Shown one piece after another: positions 49,351 through 58,348 of a stretch of DNA of 64,000 bases. The DNA lies in sequence record OP555982.1. One strand, given 5' to 3'. How positions within the stretch are numbered: position 1 is the stretch's first letter; the number at the start of each line of letters is the position of its first letter. The translations under genes were made by a program, and so were the position numbers. The notes below the pieces were generated by a model. That model did not search any database, was not told where the DNA came from, and was given only the letters and a program-made list of their open reading frames with translations. The DNA is from Escherichia phage vB_EcoM-UFV11.

Positions 49351-50259
49351 TTAAGATTTAAGTAAATCAACAATTTTAATTAATTTTTCACGCTCAGATT
49401 TAGCTTTACTACTCAATCCAGATAGTCTGAAAATTTCATCGTCATACTGTTGAATAGAAATATTTAGCTCTTCAATTTGCTTATTAAAATAATCAATTTG
49501 CTCAGAATGTTTTTCATTACTGCGAACTGGTATAGGGTTTGTAGGCAATTTAGTTGAACTAGATTCATCCGGGCGATAAATTAAAATACAACTTGAACCA
49601 ATTGGACATTTTGCACCAGATGAATATTCTAATGTTCCGGCTTCTTTTAAAACTTCAAAAGCTAAACAGAGATGATGCCCCATATTAACATAATCTGTAG
49701 AGCGAGCTCTGATGTAATAATCATCTCCGCGAATACTAAATTTAAAGCATTTAAGGTCTTCTGTATTATTGGTCTTAAAAATCATTTGTTTATCTAGACC
49801 TTTAGCTAATCGAGCGCCTAATGCTAATAATCGTCGTTGATTTTCCCACAAATCTGCGATCATTTGGTCAAATGATAATTTCGGCATTAGTCGACCATAA
49901 AGGTCATATCCTTTATTATAATTACGAAGGATTTCACTCGCGTTAATACGAGACAATGCTCCAATTTTATTAAGGGCTTTCATAATGCGATTAGATAAAC
50001 CCATTCCAGACCCGTTTGTTCGCTGCAAATGTTTTTCTAATCCAAATCCAATATCAACTTTAAACTTATCTAAAATTTCTGCATGAACATCTCTGTCAAT
50101 AACATTCAAATCCAAAGTTGGGTTAAATCTATGAAAAAATTTATCTGGCTCTCCACGACGAAGTACAGTCCATTCATTCATTTTTTTATTAACTAAAGAT
50201 TTAATTACTGTATTGACATTATTAATTACTACTGACATATTTTCCTCACTCAATTTCAA
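49351..50259 (-). CDS. hypothetical protein, C-terminal coiled coil (set 4 of 4)
   Basis: 302-aa ORF. Confidence 0.55.
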   Translation of the reverse strand: MKLSEENMSVVINNVNTVIKSLVNKKMNEWTVLRRGEPDKFFHRFNPTLDLNVIDRDVHAEILDKFKVDIGFGLEKHLQRTNGSGMGLSNRIMKALNKIGALSRINASEILRNYNKGYDLYGRLMPKLSFDQMIADLWENQRRLLALGARLAKGLDKQMIFKTNNTEDLKCFKFSIRGDDYYIRARSTDYVNMGHHLCLAFEVLKEAGTLEYSSGAKCPIGSSCILIYRPDESSSTKLPTNPIPVRSNEKHSEQIDYFNKQIEELNISIQQYDDEIFRLSGLSSKAKSEREKLIKIVDLLKS

Positions 50260-50653
50260 TTTTACTAAATATACAGAATATGATGGAAAAGACTATATAA
50301 GCACCACAAACAGATTGAACTAATACCATTCCAAAGAACCAAACAATATTATCAAACCATGTCTGTTTTACGTCGAAAGGACGTAAACTTACAGTAATAT
50401 TATCACCTTTTTCTATTGAAGAATACATCTCTGGGGAAATATATTCACTAAATCTATAACCGTCTTTGAGTTCATATACAGCAATAAACGATAAACTAGA
50501 CCCCTTTCCTTGTGTTCCTGTAATAGTATTAACTACAGTAACATCATAATCTTTATAATGCATATAATCATTAATTGCGTAATAACCATATGCAACTACT
50601 ACACATAAACAACATATCAATAAATTCAATCTTTTAATTATCAACTGTTTCAT
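50246..50653 (-). CDS. hypothetical membrane protein
   Basis: 135-aa ORF with N- and C-terminal TM segments. Confidence 0.5.
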   Translation of the reverse strand: MKQLIIKRLNLLICCLCVVVAYGYYAINDYMHYKDYDVTVVNTITGTQGKGSSLSFIAVYELKDGYRFSEYISPEMYSSIEKGDNITVSLRPFDVKQTWFDNIVWFFGMVLVQSVCGAYIVFSIIFCIFSKIEIE

Positions 50654-50708
50654 AATAATCTCAATTAAAAGGGCTTAGAACCATTATACCATCCTTGGTA
50701 TAAAGCGG

Positions 50709-51236
50709 TTATGCGAGTACCGTCTTTAACCGTTCTTCAAACTTCCGAAGAGTATTCTGGCGTTCAGCTCTTTGCTTTTTGTAAGTTTCAATACGCTCTG
50801 AAATGAGAGTGTATCGTTCATTTACTGATTCTTTCATAAAATCAGGAATTTCACGAGAAGCTTTAATCTCGTCAAATTTATCAATAACAGCTTGCTCTTC
50901 AGCAATTAAGTTATCATACATCAAAATATCTTTCTTGATGAACTCAATATCTTCTTGAGTTACACGAGATAATTTAAATGCTTTATCCTTTTTGTACTGT
51001 TCGTTAGTATCACGAGACCAGTGTAATGTACGATTTTTATTCGTATTCTTATAAATTTCTACAATACCAATATCATCAATAATAACGATCCAATTCCAAC
51101 GGGATTTGTAAATTTGTCCTCCATCAACTGTGATTTCACCTCCGATTGAGATGTCATTAAAGAACTTGCTTTGTGCTTCTGATTTAAATTTACCATCGTT
51201 GTAATTTACCAAGTTGAAAATATCTTTAGCGTTCAT
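50709..51236 (-). CDS. hypothetical protein
   Basis: ATG at 51236 downstream of promoter; ORF-track start is inside the promoter leader. Confidence 0.5.
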   Translation of the reverse strand: MNAKDIFNLVNYNDGKFKSEAQSKFFNDISIGGEITVDGGQIYKSRWNWIVIIDDIGIVEIYKNTNKNRTLHWSRDTNEQYKKDKAFKLSRVTQEDIEFIKKDILMYDNLIAEEQAVIDKFDEIKASREIPDFMKESVNERYTLISERIETYKKQRAERQNTLRKFEERLKTVLA

Positions 51237-51265
51237 TTTCTGTTCCTCCGTAGTTGATAGTTGTA

Positions 51266-51295
51266 TAGTACCACAGAGGAACAGTCTTGTAAACA
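51266..51295 (-). promoter_or_regulatory. T4-type early promoter
   Basis: minus strand GTTTACAAGACTGTTCCTCTGTGGTACTAT. Confidence 0.5.
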
Positions 51296-51296
51296 A

Positions 51297-51599
51297 CTAA
51301 AAGAAACTTCTTTCACAATTTTTTCCACTGAACCACGCGCTCACTGCTTTCTTAGTCTCAGGAGCAGTGTTATCCATAAACCATTCAAAGGCAGCCTTTT
51401 TATGATTCTGGAGGGCTTCTCGGGCTTTAATCTGCTCACGGTCTATTAACACTAACATATGAGCCTTTCTTGTCACCATGGGCTTCTTATGATTTTTTGA
51501 ATATTCCCAATCATTTGTCCATCGCATCGTTGTTGCGAATTGAAGTACAGCTTCTTTAATTTTAGTTTCGTAAATTTCACGAGCCTTTGAGTATAACAT
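51297..51599 (-). CDS. hypothetical protein
   Basis: ATG at 51599 with SD GGAGG. Confidence 0.5.
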   Translation of the reverse strand: MLYSKAREIYETKIKEAVLQFATTMRWTNDWEYSKNHKKPMVTRKAHMLVLIDREQIKAREALQNHKKAAFEWFMDNTAPETKKAVSAWFSGKNCERSFF

Positions 51600-51700
51600 T
51601 ACTACCTCCATTTACCAGTTTAATTCTAGTCATCTTTTTGATGGCAGTCCATATAATCTATTTCTGAACTGCCTTTTTATCTTAGAAGGCCTCTTATGAA

Positions 51701-52669
51701 TTATTTCAGAAGAGTAACCTCAGCGATTTCTTCCCAACCGTTTTTGTCGGTCATAATAAAGTCAGCAAGATAAAGAGCAGTACGCAGTGAAACATTGCGT
51801 AAACGATTAACATTGACTTTCATCCATGATAATGCTTTATAAGTTTCTTCATCAGAAAGACCGCGCTTTTGCATCATGTCAGTTGAAAGAATAACATCTT
51901 CAACCCTGACCATAATTTCTTCATTAGTGTGAACACCCAAATCCAAATAAACTGAGCGGGACACTAATGCTTGTAAATGTGGAGCAAGTTTAGTACCACG
52001 GTCTAATTCGCGGTCAATGTCAACGTTTGTGATAAAAACAATCGTTCCTTTAAATTCAAACTCACGCTCAATGCCTTTTTCTTCTAAGTAAGAAGATGCA
52101 GTGCTCCAGCAGACTTTACGGGTCTCTCCAGTGTCCAGAGCAGCTTTCAGAAGATTAAGAATGTCCATATCAGAGAAAACATCCACATCATCAATCAAAA
52201 GGACAGAATTCTCTTCACGATTATTCCAAAGCTGCTCATAAAGACCAATACCAGAGATTTTACCATTAATGCTTTTATATTCAATGTATCCAATATCATT
52301 TGCTTTATTTAAAGCTTTATCTAAAGAATACGTTTTACCAATACCCGCCGCACCAGAGATAATTAATGAACGAATGTTTCCGTTAATAATACCATTCGTC
52401 ATCATTCCCATAACATTAAATCTTTTATTAATGCGGGTTTTCATATCTTCATATGATTCTTTAACTTCTTCAACTTTTACACCATCATATGAAATGTCTG
52501 ATTTGTAAACCCAAACACCGCGACGTTTACCGTCAATTTCAACAAAAACTTTACCATCTCCTTGTGCATCTACTGGGGCATTATCAGGGAACCACTCACC
52601 TAAGAGTTCAAAAGTTCCAGAGATTTCTTTGCCAAAGTAGATACCCTTATTGATAGTTACAGTTTTCAT
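51701..52669 (-). CDS. P-loop NTPase (AAA-like)
   Basis: ATG at 52669 after leader GGAGAATAAAATG; Walker A GAAGIGKT, Walker B VLLIDDVD. Confidence 0.6.
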   Translation of the reverse strand: MKTVTINKGIYFGKEISGTFELLGEWFPDNAPVDAQGDGKVFVEIDGKRRGVWVYKSDISYDGVKVEEVKESYEDMKTRINKRFNVMGMMTNGIINGNIRSLIISGAAGIGKTYSLDKALNKANDIGYIEYKSINGKISGIGLYEQLWNNREENSVLLIDDVDVFSDMDILNLLKAALDTGETRKVCWSTASSYLEEKGIEREFEFKGTIVFITNVDIDRELDRGTKLAPHLQALVSRSVYLDLGVHTNEEIMVRVEDVILSTDMMQKRGLSDEETYKALSWMKVNVNRLRNVSLRTALYLADFIMTDKNGWEEIAEVTLLK

Positions 52670-52703
52670 TTTATTCTCCAAATCCGTATCAGTTGATAGT
52701 TGT

Positions 52704-52733
52704 ATAGTACCATAAAGCTTTATGCTTGTAAAC
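52704..52733 (-). promoter_or_regulatory. T4-type early promoter with conserved leader
   Basis: minus strand GTTTACAAGCATAAAGCTTTATGGTACTAT. Confidence 0.55.
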
Positions 52734-52764
52734 TGTTTTGTGAAAAAATTTTTGAAATAAAAAA

Positions 52765-52782
52765 GGGAGCCCGAAGGCTCCC
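52765..52782 (-). terminator. hairpin GGGAGCC-UUCG-GGCUCCC plus U-run
   Basis: 7-bp stem, UUCG loop, TTTTTT after it on minus strand. Confidence 0.6.
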
Positions 52783-52784
52783 TA

Positions 52785-53798
52785 TCATTTATAATAACTT
52801 CGGTGGTTTTCAAGATAGACCTTCTCAAGGAAGTCATCCCAGAAACCCATGTCTACTTTTTGCTGCATACCGTTCTTAGAAGCTTCAGTAGATGCTGCTT
52901 CTACTTGATCGACCACATCTTCCAAAAACTCTTGAACTGTTTTAAATGGATGTTTACCCAACTTCACGTCGAGAATAAATGGAGCGTCTTGAAGTGGATA
53001 AACTAAGTCACCAGTTTTGTAAATTTCCAATAGTTGAAGTCCACCACGACAGGCATGGCTCAGAGCTTTCCAGTCAATACCTTCATTGGCTTCGGCCTTA
53101 CGAGCACGTTCACCATATTCAGCATCTAATTTGTTCAGTGACTGCTTAAGCTCAATAAGAGAAAGCGTTGTCTGATATTTACGACCCAACACAGTGTAGA
53201 ACGTTTGTGGGCCTGTTTTCTCATGATTATGGAACACCCATTCACAGAATTCGTTTTCTGGAAGACGATGCTTAATATCTTCAATTTTAGTGCGACGTTG
53301 TCCTTGTGTTCCATCTTCTCGGTAGACATTCCGTTGATCAGGAATTTGATTAACTACTTTCAACACATCACGTAATGCAGCCAAACGAGAACCCTTGACA
53401 CCGTATTTAGAAGCTTGCTTGCGAACATATCCTAAATAGGATTTCATGTTAGTCGTATAAAAACGAGAACGATTGTCTTGAATAAACTTCCACACATCAG
53501 GCAAATCAGATTTAACCACTAGTTCAGGTGGAGTGTGAAGCATATCCAATGCTACAGTTTCACCATCTGCTGCTAATTTAAAGAAATACTTAAGACTATA
53601 CAATTCGTGGTCAATATCATCTTTAGTGTTTTTAGATGATGTGTTGTTAGTGTTTTTACTCATGTGCTCTTTGACATTTCCAATAAGAATATCGCGAGCA
53701 GGAGGAACAAAGATTTCTTTAAAATCTACATCAGATTCTGGAGTAGAAGTTCCATAAAGATGACTACCAAAATAGCTTTTCATTACTGTTTTCATCAT
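52785..53798 (-). CDS. putative polymerase-beta-type nucleotidyltransferase
   Basis: 337-aa ORF; N-terminal GS-x11-DVD motif (GSHLYGTSTPESDVDF), later acidic residue near LDMLH, helical C-terminal domain. Confidence 0.5.
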   Translation of the reverse strand: MMKTVMKSYFGSHLYGTSTPESDVDFKEIFVPPARDILIGNVKEHMSKNTNNTSSKNTKDDIDHELYSLKYFFKLAADGETVALDMLHTPPELVVKSDLPDVWKFIQDNRSRFYTTNMKSYLGYVRKQASKYGVKGSRLAALRDVLKVVNQIPDQRNVYREDGTQGQRRTKIEDIKHRLPENEFCEWVFHNHEKTGPQTFYTVLGRKYQTTLSLIELKQSLNKLDAEYGERARKAEANEGIDWKALSHACRGGLQLLEIYKTGDLVYPLQDAPFILDVKLGKHPFKTVQEFLEDVVDQVEAASTEASKNGMQQKVDMGFWDDFLEKVYLENHRSYYK

Positions 53799-54256
53799 TC
53801 AGCCTTATATTCAATAACAGGACATACTTTAGCTTTACGGGCTTTTAAAAATTCGACGATAATAGATTTCTTGGGTTGAATAGGAGGTAAACCTTTATAC
53901 GCCCTATCAATATTTTCTACATGTAAAGCATAATCCTTTTTCCATTTATAATCTTTATATTTTTCATGCAGTTGTGCAGGAATAACAAATGAACCAATAA
54001 TAAGTAAAACAAGCAAAATGGCAAGTATAAATGCCGATGGAATAAGAGTCCATAAACTACCAAAAATAAGCCATTTCTGTATGATTTCTGCGCAGATAAT
54101 AGTTAGACCTGCGAGTATAGTACATCCGAAAAAAGAAACGAAAAATGTAGGGATAACAATAGACCAAAAGTATGCACACAGTGTCTTAGGTCGTTTCCAT
54201 TCGTCGTTAAACAGTTTGAATAATTTATAGTGCCAAGAGTTTTCATTAATAATCAT
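53795..54256 (-). CDS. hypothetical multi-pass membrane protein
   Basis: 153-aa ORF with ~3 TM segments; stop overlaps nucleotidyltransferase ATG (ATGA). Confidence 0.55.
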   Translation of the reverse strand: MIINENSWHYKLFKLFNDEWKRPKTLCAYFWSIVIPTFFVSFFGCTILAGLTIICAEIIQKWLIFGSLWTLIPSAFILAILLVLLIIGSFVIPAQLHEKYKDYKWKKDYALHVENIDRAYKGLPPIQPKKSIIVEFLKARKAKVCPVIEYKAE

Positions 54257-54258
54257 AA

Positions 54259-54780
54259 TTATCCTTTCATTGAAGGTGTAACAGTTGTTAAATACTTAAT
54301 CATAGCTTCAGCTTCTGATTTTGATAATGAAATTTCTCCATTGTTTTGACGAATAGAAATAAAATCCGGATGACGGTCACCACCAGCTTTTAAAACACAC
54401 ATATAAGTATCAGTTTCATCTTCAATATCTGAAATGATTGAAGCAGTTCCGCATGAATGTGGTTTTTGATAAATCAATACAGCTTTTCTTCCACCATTTG
54501 ACTGTTCATAGGCTTTTAATACATCAAACAAATCAGTTCTTTTATCAATAGCTAAAATGTTATTTTCATCTTCAATGTTAAATCCTTCGGATACTTCATA
54601 AAGTGTTACCCATAAATCACCGATGTCAATAACAGCATTTCCTTTTCCACGACTTTCAAGAATATGACAAATTTTCTTTATTTCGTCATAACTCATTTTA
54701 ATAATATCATCTCCTTGAATAAGGAAGATGTCATTTTTAAATTTAACGCGAATTAAACCGCTTTCACTAGAAATAAACAT
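54259..54780 (-). CDS. hypothetical protein, paralog of 54787-55344
   Basis: 173-aa ORF; C-terminal SIRQ...EAEAMIKYLTTVTPSM matches neighbour. Confidence 0.5.
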   Translation of the reverse strand: MFISSESGLIRVKFKNDIFLIQGDDIIKMSYDEIKKICHILESRGKGNAVIDIGDLWVTLYEVSEGFNIEDENNILAIDKRTDLFDVLKAYEQSNGGRKAVLIYQKPHSCGTASIISDIEDETDTYMCVLKAGGDRHPDFISIRQNNGEISLSKSEAEAMIKYLTTVTPSMKG

Positions 54781-54786
54781 ATTTCC

Positions 54787-55344
54787 TCACTTTGAAATCA
54801 TAGTTGGAATAACAGAATCAAGATAAGTTTTTAGTGCAATAGCTTCGTCTTTGTTTAATGTAATGATATGTGATCGAAAATCGTCAATTTGACGAATAGA
54901 TACTACATCTCCCTCTTCATAGCATTTTGAAACATTTAAAATAGTTTCATCATTCTGATTACAGGAGTTAGTAATAATAGCATTACATTTTTTAAACCAT
55001 TTTAAATTATGTTTTCTTTTAGTAGAATCATAAAAATATTTAATGTTAGTTATAAAATTATCCCAATTATTAATTGATAAGCACATTGACTCGCTTTTAA
55101 TATTAAATCCTGGGCATGAAGAATAAAAATGAATTTTATGCTCATCATTAATGCTTACAATTTTATCAGTGTAAGCATATTCAATTTGGGTTAAACGAAC
55201 AATTTCACTAGGCGTAAAATATAACATGTCGTCTTCTTGCGTCAAACGATACATGTTATTTACTTTTTCGATCGCTAATTCACCAAAAAGCACACTATCT
55301 TCTAATACTAATCGTTTCATATTGATTCTCTTCGACTCACTCAC
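54787..55344 (-). CDS. hypothetical protein, paralog of 54259-54780
   Basis: 185-aa ORF; GTG start with SD GAGGAG. Confidence 0.5.
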   Translation of the reverse strand: MSESKRINMKRLVLEDSVLFGELAIEKVNNMYRLTQEDDMLYFTPSEIVRLTQIEYAYTDKIVSINDEHKIHFYSSCPGFNIKSESMCLSINNWDNFITNIKYFYDSTKRKHNLKWFKKCNAIITNSCNQNDETILNVSKCYEEGDVVSIRQIDDFRSHIITLNKDEAIALKTYLDSVIPTMISK

Positions 55345-55478
55345 AATTACATACTCCTCTGAATCATATCAATAATGTTGTTCACCAGATTATAAGTAAA
55401 CATTGGGTAATTATATTGAATCATCACATACACAACAAACAAAACTTTCATTCTCTTCTCCTTGGCAGTTGACAAGAT

Positions 55479-55509
55479 TACTATACCATAACCTTGCCAA
55501 CTTGTAAAC
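55479..55509 (-). promoter_or_regulatory. T4-type early promoter
   Basis: minus strand GTTTACAAGTTGGCAAGGTTATGGTATAGT. Confidence 0.5.
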
Positions 55510-55511
55510 CA

Positions 55512-55784
55512 TTAAATGACGTTTTCAATAAAATTCTGAAGCTTTGTGTGAGCATCAACCATGATTTTCATTTCTTCTTTGGCGAAAGCTGTACCTCTTT
55601 CCCGAGAAGAACACTCATAGTCAGAAACTGCATTAGCATATTCTTCAATTAGTTTCATTAAAAACATCTGCTTTTCAGTTTTCATTATTCCACCTAATCC
55701 CCGAGAAGAACACTCATAGTCAGAAACTGCATTAGCATATTCTTCAATTAGTTTCATTAAAAACATCTGCTTTTCAGTTTTCAT
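55512..55784 (-). CDS. hypothetical protein with internal 33-aa tandem duplication
   Basis: 90-aa ORF; MKTEKQMFLMKLIEEYANAVSDYECSSR occurs twice. Confidence 0.5.
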   Translation of the reverse strand: MKTEKQMFLMKLIEEYANAVSDYECSSRGLGGIMKTEKQMFLMKLIEEYANAVSDYECSSRERGTAFAKEEMKIMVDAHTKLQNFIENVI

Positions 55785-55798
55785 TATTCCACCTAATC
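55601..55798 (-). repeat. perfect 99-bp tandem direct duplication (2 copies)
   Basis: 55601-55699 identical to 55700-55798; each copy carries SD GGTGGA plus ATG. Confidence 0.85.
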
Positions 55799-55968
55799 AT
55801 TTCAAGATATTGAACTAACTTAGCTTTAGATTTATCCAAATCCTTTTTAGCTGCTTCTATACCGTCGTATGAATATCCTTCACAATGCTCAACTGCTAAT
55901 TGATATGAATCTATTTCAACATCACGTGCTAATTTAATGATTTTTTCAAACTGTTCGTGTGTCAGCAT
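55774..55968 (-). CDS. hypothetical protein
   Basis: 64-aa ORF. Confidence 0.45.
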   Translation of the reverse strand: MLTHEQFEKIIKLARDVEIDSYQLAVEHCEGYSYDGIEAAKKDLDKSKAKLVQYLEMIRWNNEN

Positions 55969-55970
55969 AC

Positions 55971-56174
55971 TTAAACTCTCGTATTGTGATCGATAATTTC
56001 ATCAAGAAACATATCTAAAGCTTCCACAGCATTATCAACTTTAGCTTCAAGTTCATCAATACCTTTATTTGCAATGCCTGACGAAAACCAAGCAAAGTCG
56101 CTAAGTTCCTCATCTGCTTTACGAATTAAAGCTACCAATTCCTTAATTTTATCCGCTTGTTCGATACTAATCAT
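55971..56174 (-). CDS. hypothetical protein
   Basis: ATG at 56174 with SD GGTGGA, overlaps upstream stop. Confidence 0.45.
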   Translation of the reverse strand: MISIEQADKIKELVALIRKADEELSDFAWFSSGIANKGIDELEAKVDNAVEALDMFLDEIIDHNTRV

Positions 56175-56362
56175 TATTCCACCACATATGAAAGAGAGAA
56201 TATTGCACATGCCATGTGAGTTGCAACTTCATCACACATATTATAACGTTTCTTAAGAAGTTCTACAAGTTTTTCACTAGTAACTTCATCCATGTTGACG
56301 AAAAAATCACCATTAATGATGACGTAGATATTTCCTTCTTGATTGAGTGCTTCAATTTTCAT
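56174..56362 (-). CDS. hypothetical protein
   Basis: ATG at 56362 with SD GAGGAG; ORF-track start lies within promoter. Confidence 0.45.
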   Translation of the reverse strand: MKIEALNQEGNIYVIINGDFFVNMDEVTSEKLVELLKKRYNMCDEVATHMACAIFSLSYVVE

Positions 56363-56390
56363 GATGTTCTCCTCTTTATCCGATAGTTGT

Positions 56391-56420
56391 ATAGTATAAC
56401 AGCTCAAACGGAAAGTAAAC
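56391..56420 (-). promoter_or_regulatory. T4-type early promoter
   Basis: minus strand GTTTACTTTCCGTTTGAGCTGTTATACTAT. Confidence 0.5.
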
Positions 56421-56435
56421 CGGTAAAATGAAAAA

Positions 56436-56453
56436 AGTCTCCCGAAGGAGACT
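56436..56453 (-). terminator. hairpin AGUCUCC-UUCG-GGAGACU plus U-run
   Basis: 7-bp stem with UUCG loop; same cassette layout as 15047-15112. Confidence 0.6.
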
Positions 56454-56457
56454 AATG

Positions 56458-56844
56458 TTATTCGAGGGAAAGAAGATACTTACTCTGGTAAAACATCCCA
56501 GTAATATCATCTATCGTGCTTTGGATGGCTGGAGGCATTTCTTTATAAATGCTGTTAGATTGGTCTAGTATGCGATCAATCATTTTAATTGTGTCGGTAG
56601 GAAGTTTACTGGCATCTGGAATTGAAGGCGTGTATTTTCTACCAGAATACCCCAAATATTGCTCACCAAATTTATCAATCAAATCTGGCAACTCGGAAAA
56701 AATAAAATCGTATGCTTTGTGTCTAGCATAACTTTTAGTTTCAAAATGTGCAGAATGAAAATAAGCTTGTGCAGCCATTAATAAACCTAAGTATTCATCT
56801 GCCTTTGAAGGTTTTCCACTTTGTGAAAAGTCGCTGAATTTCAT
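56458..56844 (-). CDS. hypothetical protein (rI.-1 position)
   Basis: 128-aa ORF translationally coupled to rI. Confidence 0.55.
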   Translation of the reverse strand: MKFSDFSQSGKPSKADEYLGLLMAAQAYFHSAHFETKSYARHKAYDFIFSELPDLIDKFGEQYLGYSGRKYTPSIPDASKLPTDTIKMIDRILDQSNSIYKEMPPAIQSTIDDITGMFYQSKYLLSLE

Positions 56845-57134
56845 TCAGTCTCCAATTTAATGTTCATAATTCTAGCGTATGATTGTGCCATCTCCGCGCC
56901 TCGTTCTATACATTCAAAATCAGAAGAGCACGGGTCATTTTTATAGGTCGTTCTCATAAAACTATAGAATTGTTCAGACGATTCTACGCTTTTATTTTCA
57001 AAAAGTGTATAAACGTGCCTAATACCAGATTCCATAAATTTATCAAAATGAGGATCGACATTCGCTTCAATTGATGGAGATAAAACAAATGACAATCCTA
57101 GCATGGCAAAAAGTGCCGTTGCTTTTAAGGCCAT
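56841..57134 (-). CDS. rI: lysis inhibition regulator RI (97 aa)
   Basis: 97-aa ORF MALKATALFAMLGLSFVLSPSIEA with N-terminal signal-anchor. Confidence 0.9.
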   Translation of the reverse strand: MALKATALFAMLGLSFVLSPSIEANVDPHFDKFMESGIRHVYTLFENKSVESSEQFYSFMRTTYKNDPCSSDFECIERGAEMAQSYARIMNIKLETE

Positions 57135-57146
57135 AAAGGCCTCCTA

Positions 57147-57359
57147 TCATTTTTGTCCTGTATTTACTTTATGCCGATGCACGGCCTTAACTTTATCAAG
57201 GTATTTTTCAAAATTTCGCAATCTAGTATAGTCTGCCGGAGATTGGTTGAGTGATACTTCTCGACGCAAAGCTGAAATGATATTTCCAACTTCCCTACGA
57301 ATTTCATCTAATTGAAGCACAGTAAGATTGCGAAGTTGCTTTTCAGTTAATTGTAGCAT
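57147..57359 (-). CDS. hypothetical protein (rI.1 position)
   Basis: 70-aa ORF. Confidence 0.5.
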
Positions 57360-57401
57360 ATATACCCCTTTAGTTAGATAAACCTATTTATAACTTTTGC
57401 A

Positions 57402-57983
57402 CTAACCGAGCTTTTTAGTTAATTCATTCCAATGTTTTCTACACAAAGAAACATAAATTTCATCACCAATACAGATTTGATTACCTTCTTTAACTGGTGT
57501 TCCATCTTCCATTAATCGAGCTGTCATAATCGCTTTTTTACCGCAATGACAAACTGCCTTTAGTTCAATAAGTTTATCTGCAATCGCTAAAAGTTCTTTA
57601 GAACCTTCAAACAATTTTCCAGCGAAATCAGTCCTTAATCCATAAGCCATAACAGGAACATTATATGTATCAACAATTCGACTTAATTGATGCACCTGTT
57701 CAGTTTTTAAAAACTGAGCTTCATCTACAAATACGCAATGAATATCTTTTTGTGCTTCAGCCCATTTATAGAACTCGAAAATATCCATATCATCTGTAAT
57801 AATATTCGCTTCCTGTTTAATTCCAATGCGAGAAACAACTTCACAGACAGAATCGCGAGTATCAATAGCAGGCTTAAGAACTAATACACTCATTCCACGT
57901 TCTTTATAATTATGTGCAGCAGTCAAAAGAGAAGCAGATTTTCCAGCATTCATTGCTGCATAAGTAAAAATTAAACTCGCCAT
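57402..57983 (-). CDS. tk: thymidine kinase (193 aa)
   Basis: 193-aa ORF; P-loop NAGKSAS and zinc site CHCGKKA. Confidence 0.93.
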   Translation of the reverse strand: MASLIFTYAAMNAGKSASLLTAAHNYKERGMSVLVLKPAIDTRDSVCEVVSRIGIKQEANIITDDMDIFEFYKWAEAQKDIHCVFVDEAQFLKTEQVHQLSRIVDTYNVPVMAYGLRTDFAGKLFEGSKELLAIADKLIELKAVCHCGKKAIMTARLMEDGTPVKEGNQICIGDEIYVSLCRKHWNELTKKLG

Positions 57984-57992
57984 ATCACCTTC

Positions 57993-58178
57993 TTAAAGCG
58001 TATTCACATAAGCTATTAATTCATTTTCTTTCTTATCAAACCGATCAGCAAATTCTTCCTGCTGCTCGGGAGATAGCGGGCCGTATTCATCATAAAAGGT
58101 GTTTGCTTCTATATGCTCATCTAGAAGTTCATGGATAAGCTCAAACAATTTATCTTTTTGTTCTTTGCTTAGACTCAT
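57993..58178 (-). CDS. hypothetical acidic protein
   Basis: 61-aa ORF. Confidence 0.5.
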   Translation of the reverse strand: MSLSKEQKDKLFELIHELLDEHIEANTFYDEYGPLSPEQQEEFADRFDKKENELIAYVNTL

Positions 58179-58348
58179 ATATTAATTTCCAGGAGTTTTA
58201 AAATAATTCGCTTTTGCTTAAATATTTCCATAGTTAAATGACCAGTATCTTTTTGACCGATTCCAATGGCAAAACCTTTATTAACAGCGAGTTCAATTAA
58301 ATTATCAAGCTCACGTAACACTTCGTATTGTAACTCAAAACTATTCAT
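58175..58348 (-). CDS. hypothetical small protein
   Basis: 57-aa ORF coupled at both ends (ATGA overlaps). Confidence 0.35.
   Translation of the reverse strand: MNSFELQYEVLRELDNLIELAVNKGFAIGIGQKDTGHLTMEIFKQKRIILKLLEINI

Noticed and set aside
25021-56400. CRISPR-like array suggested by repeated ~40-bp sequences
   Set aside because: Copies are tens of kb apart, not regularly spaced, and each is a promoter/leader in front of a gene
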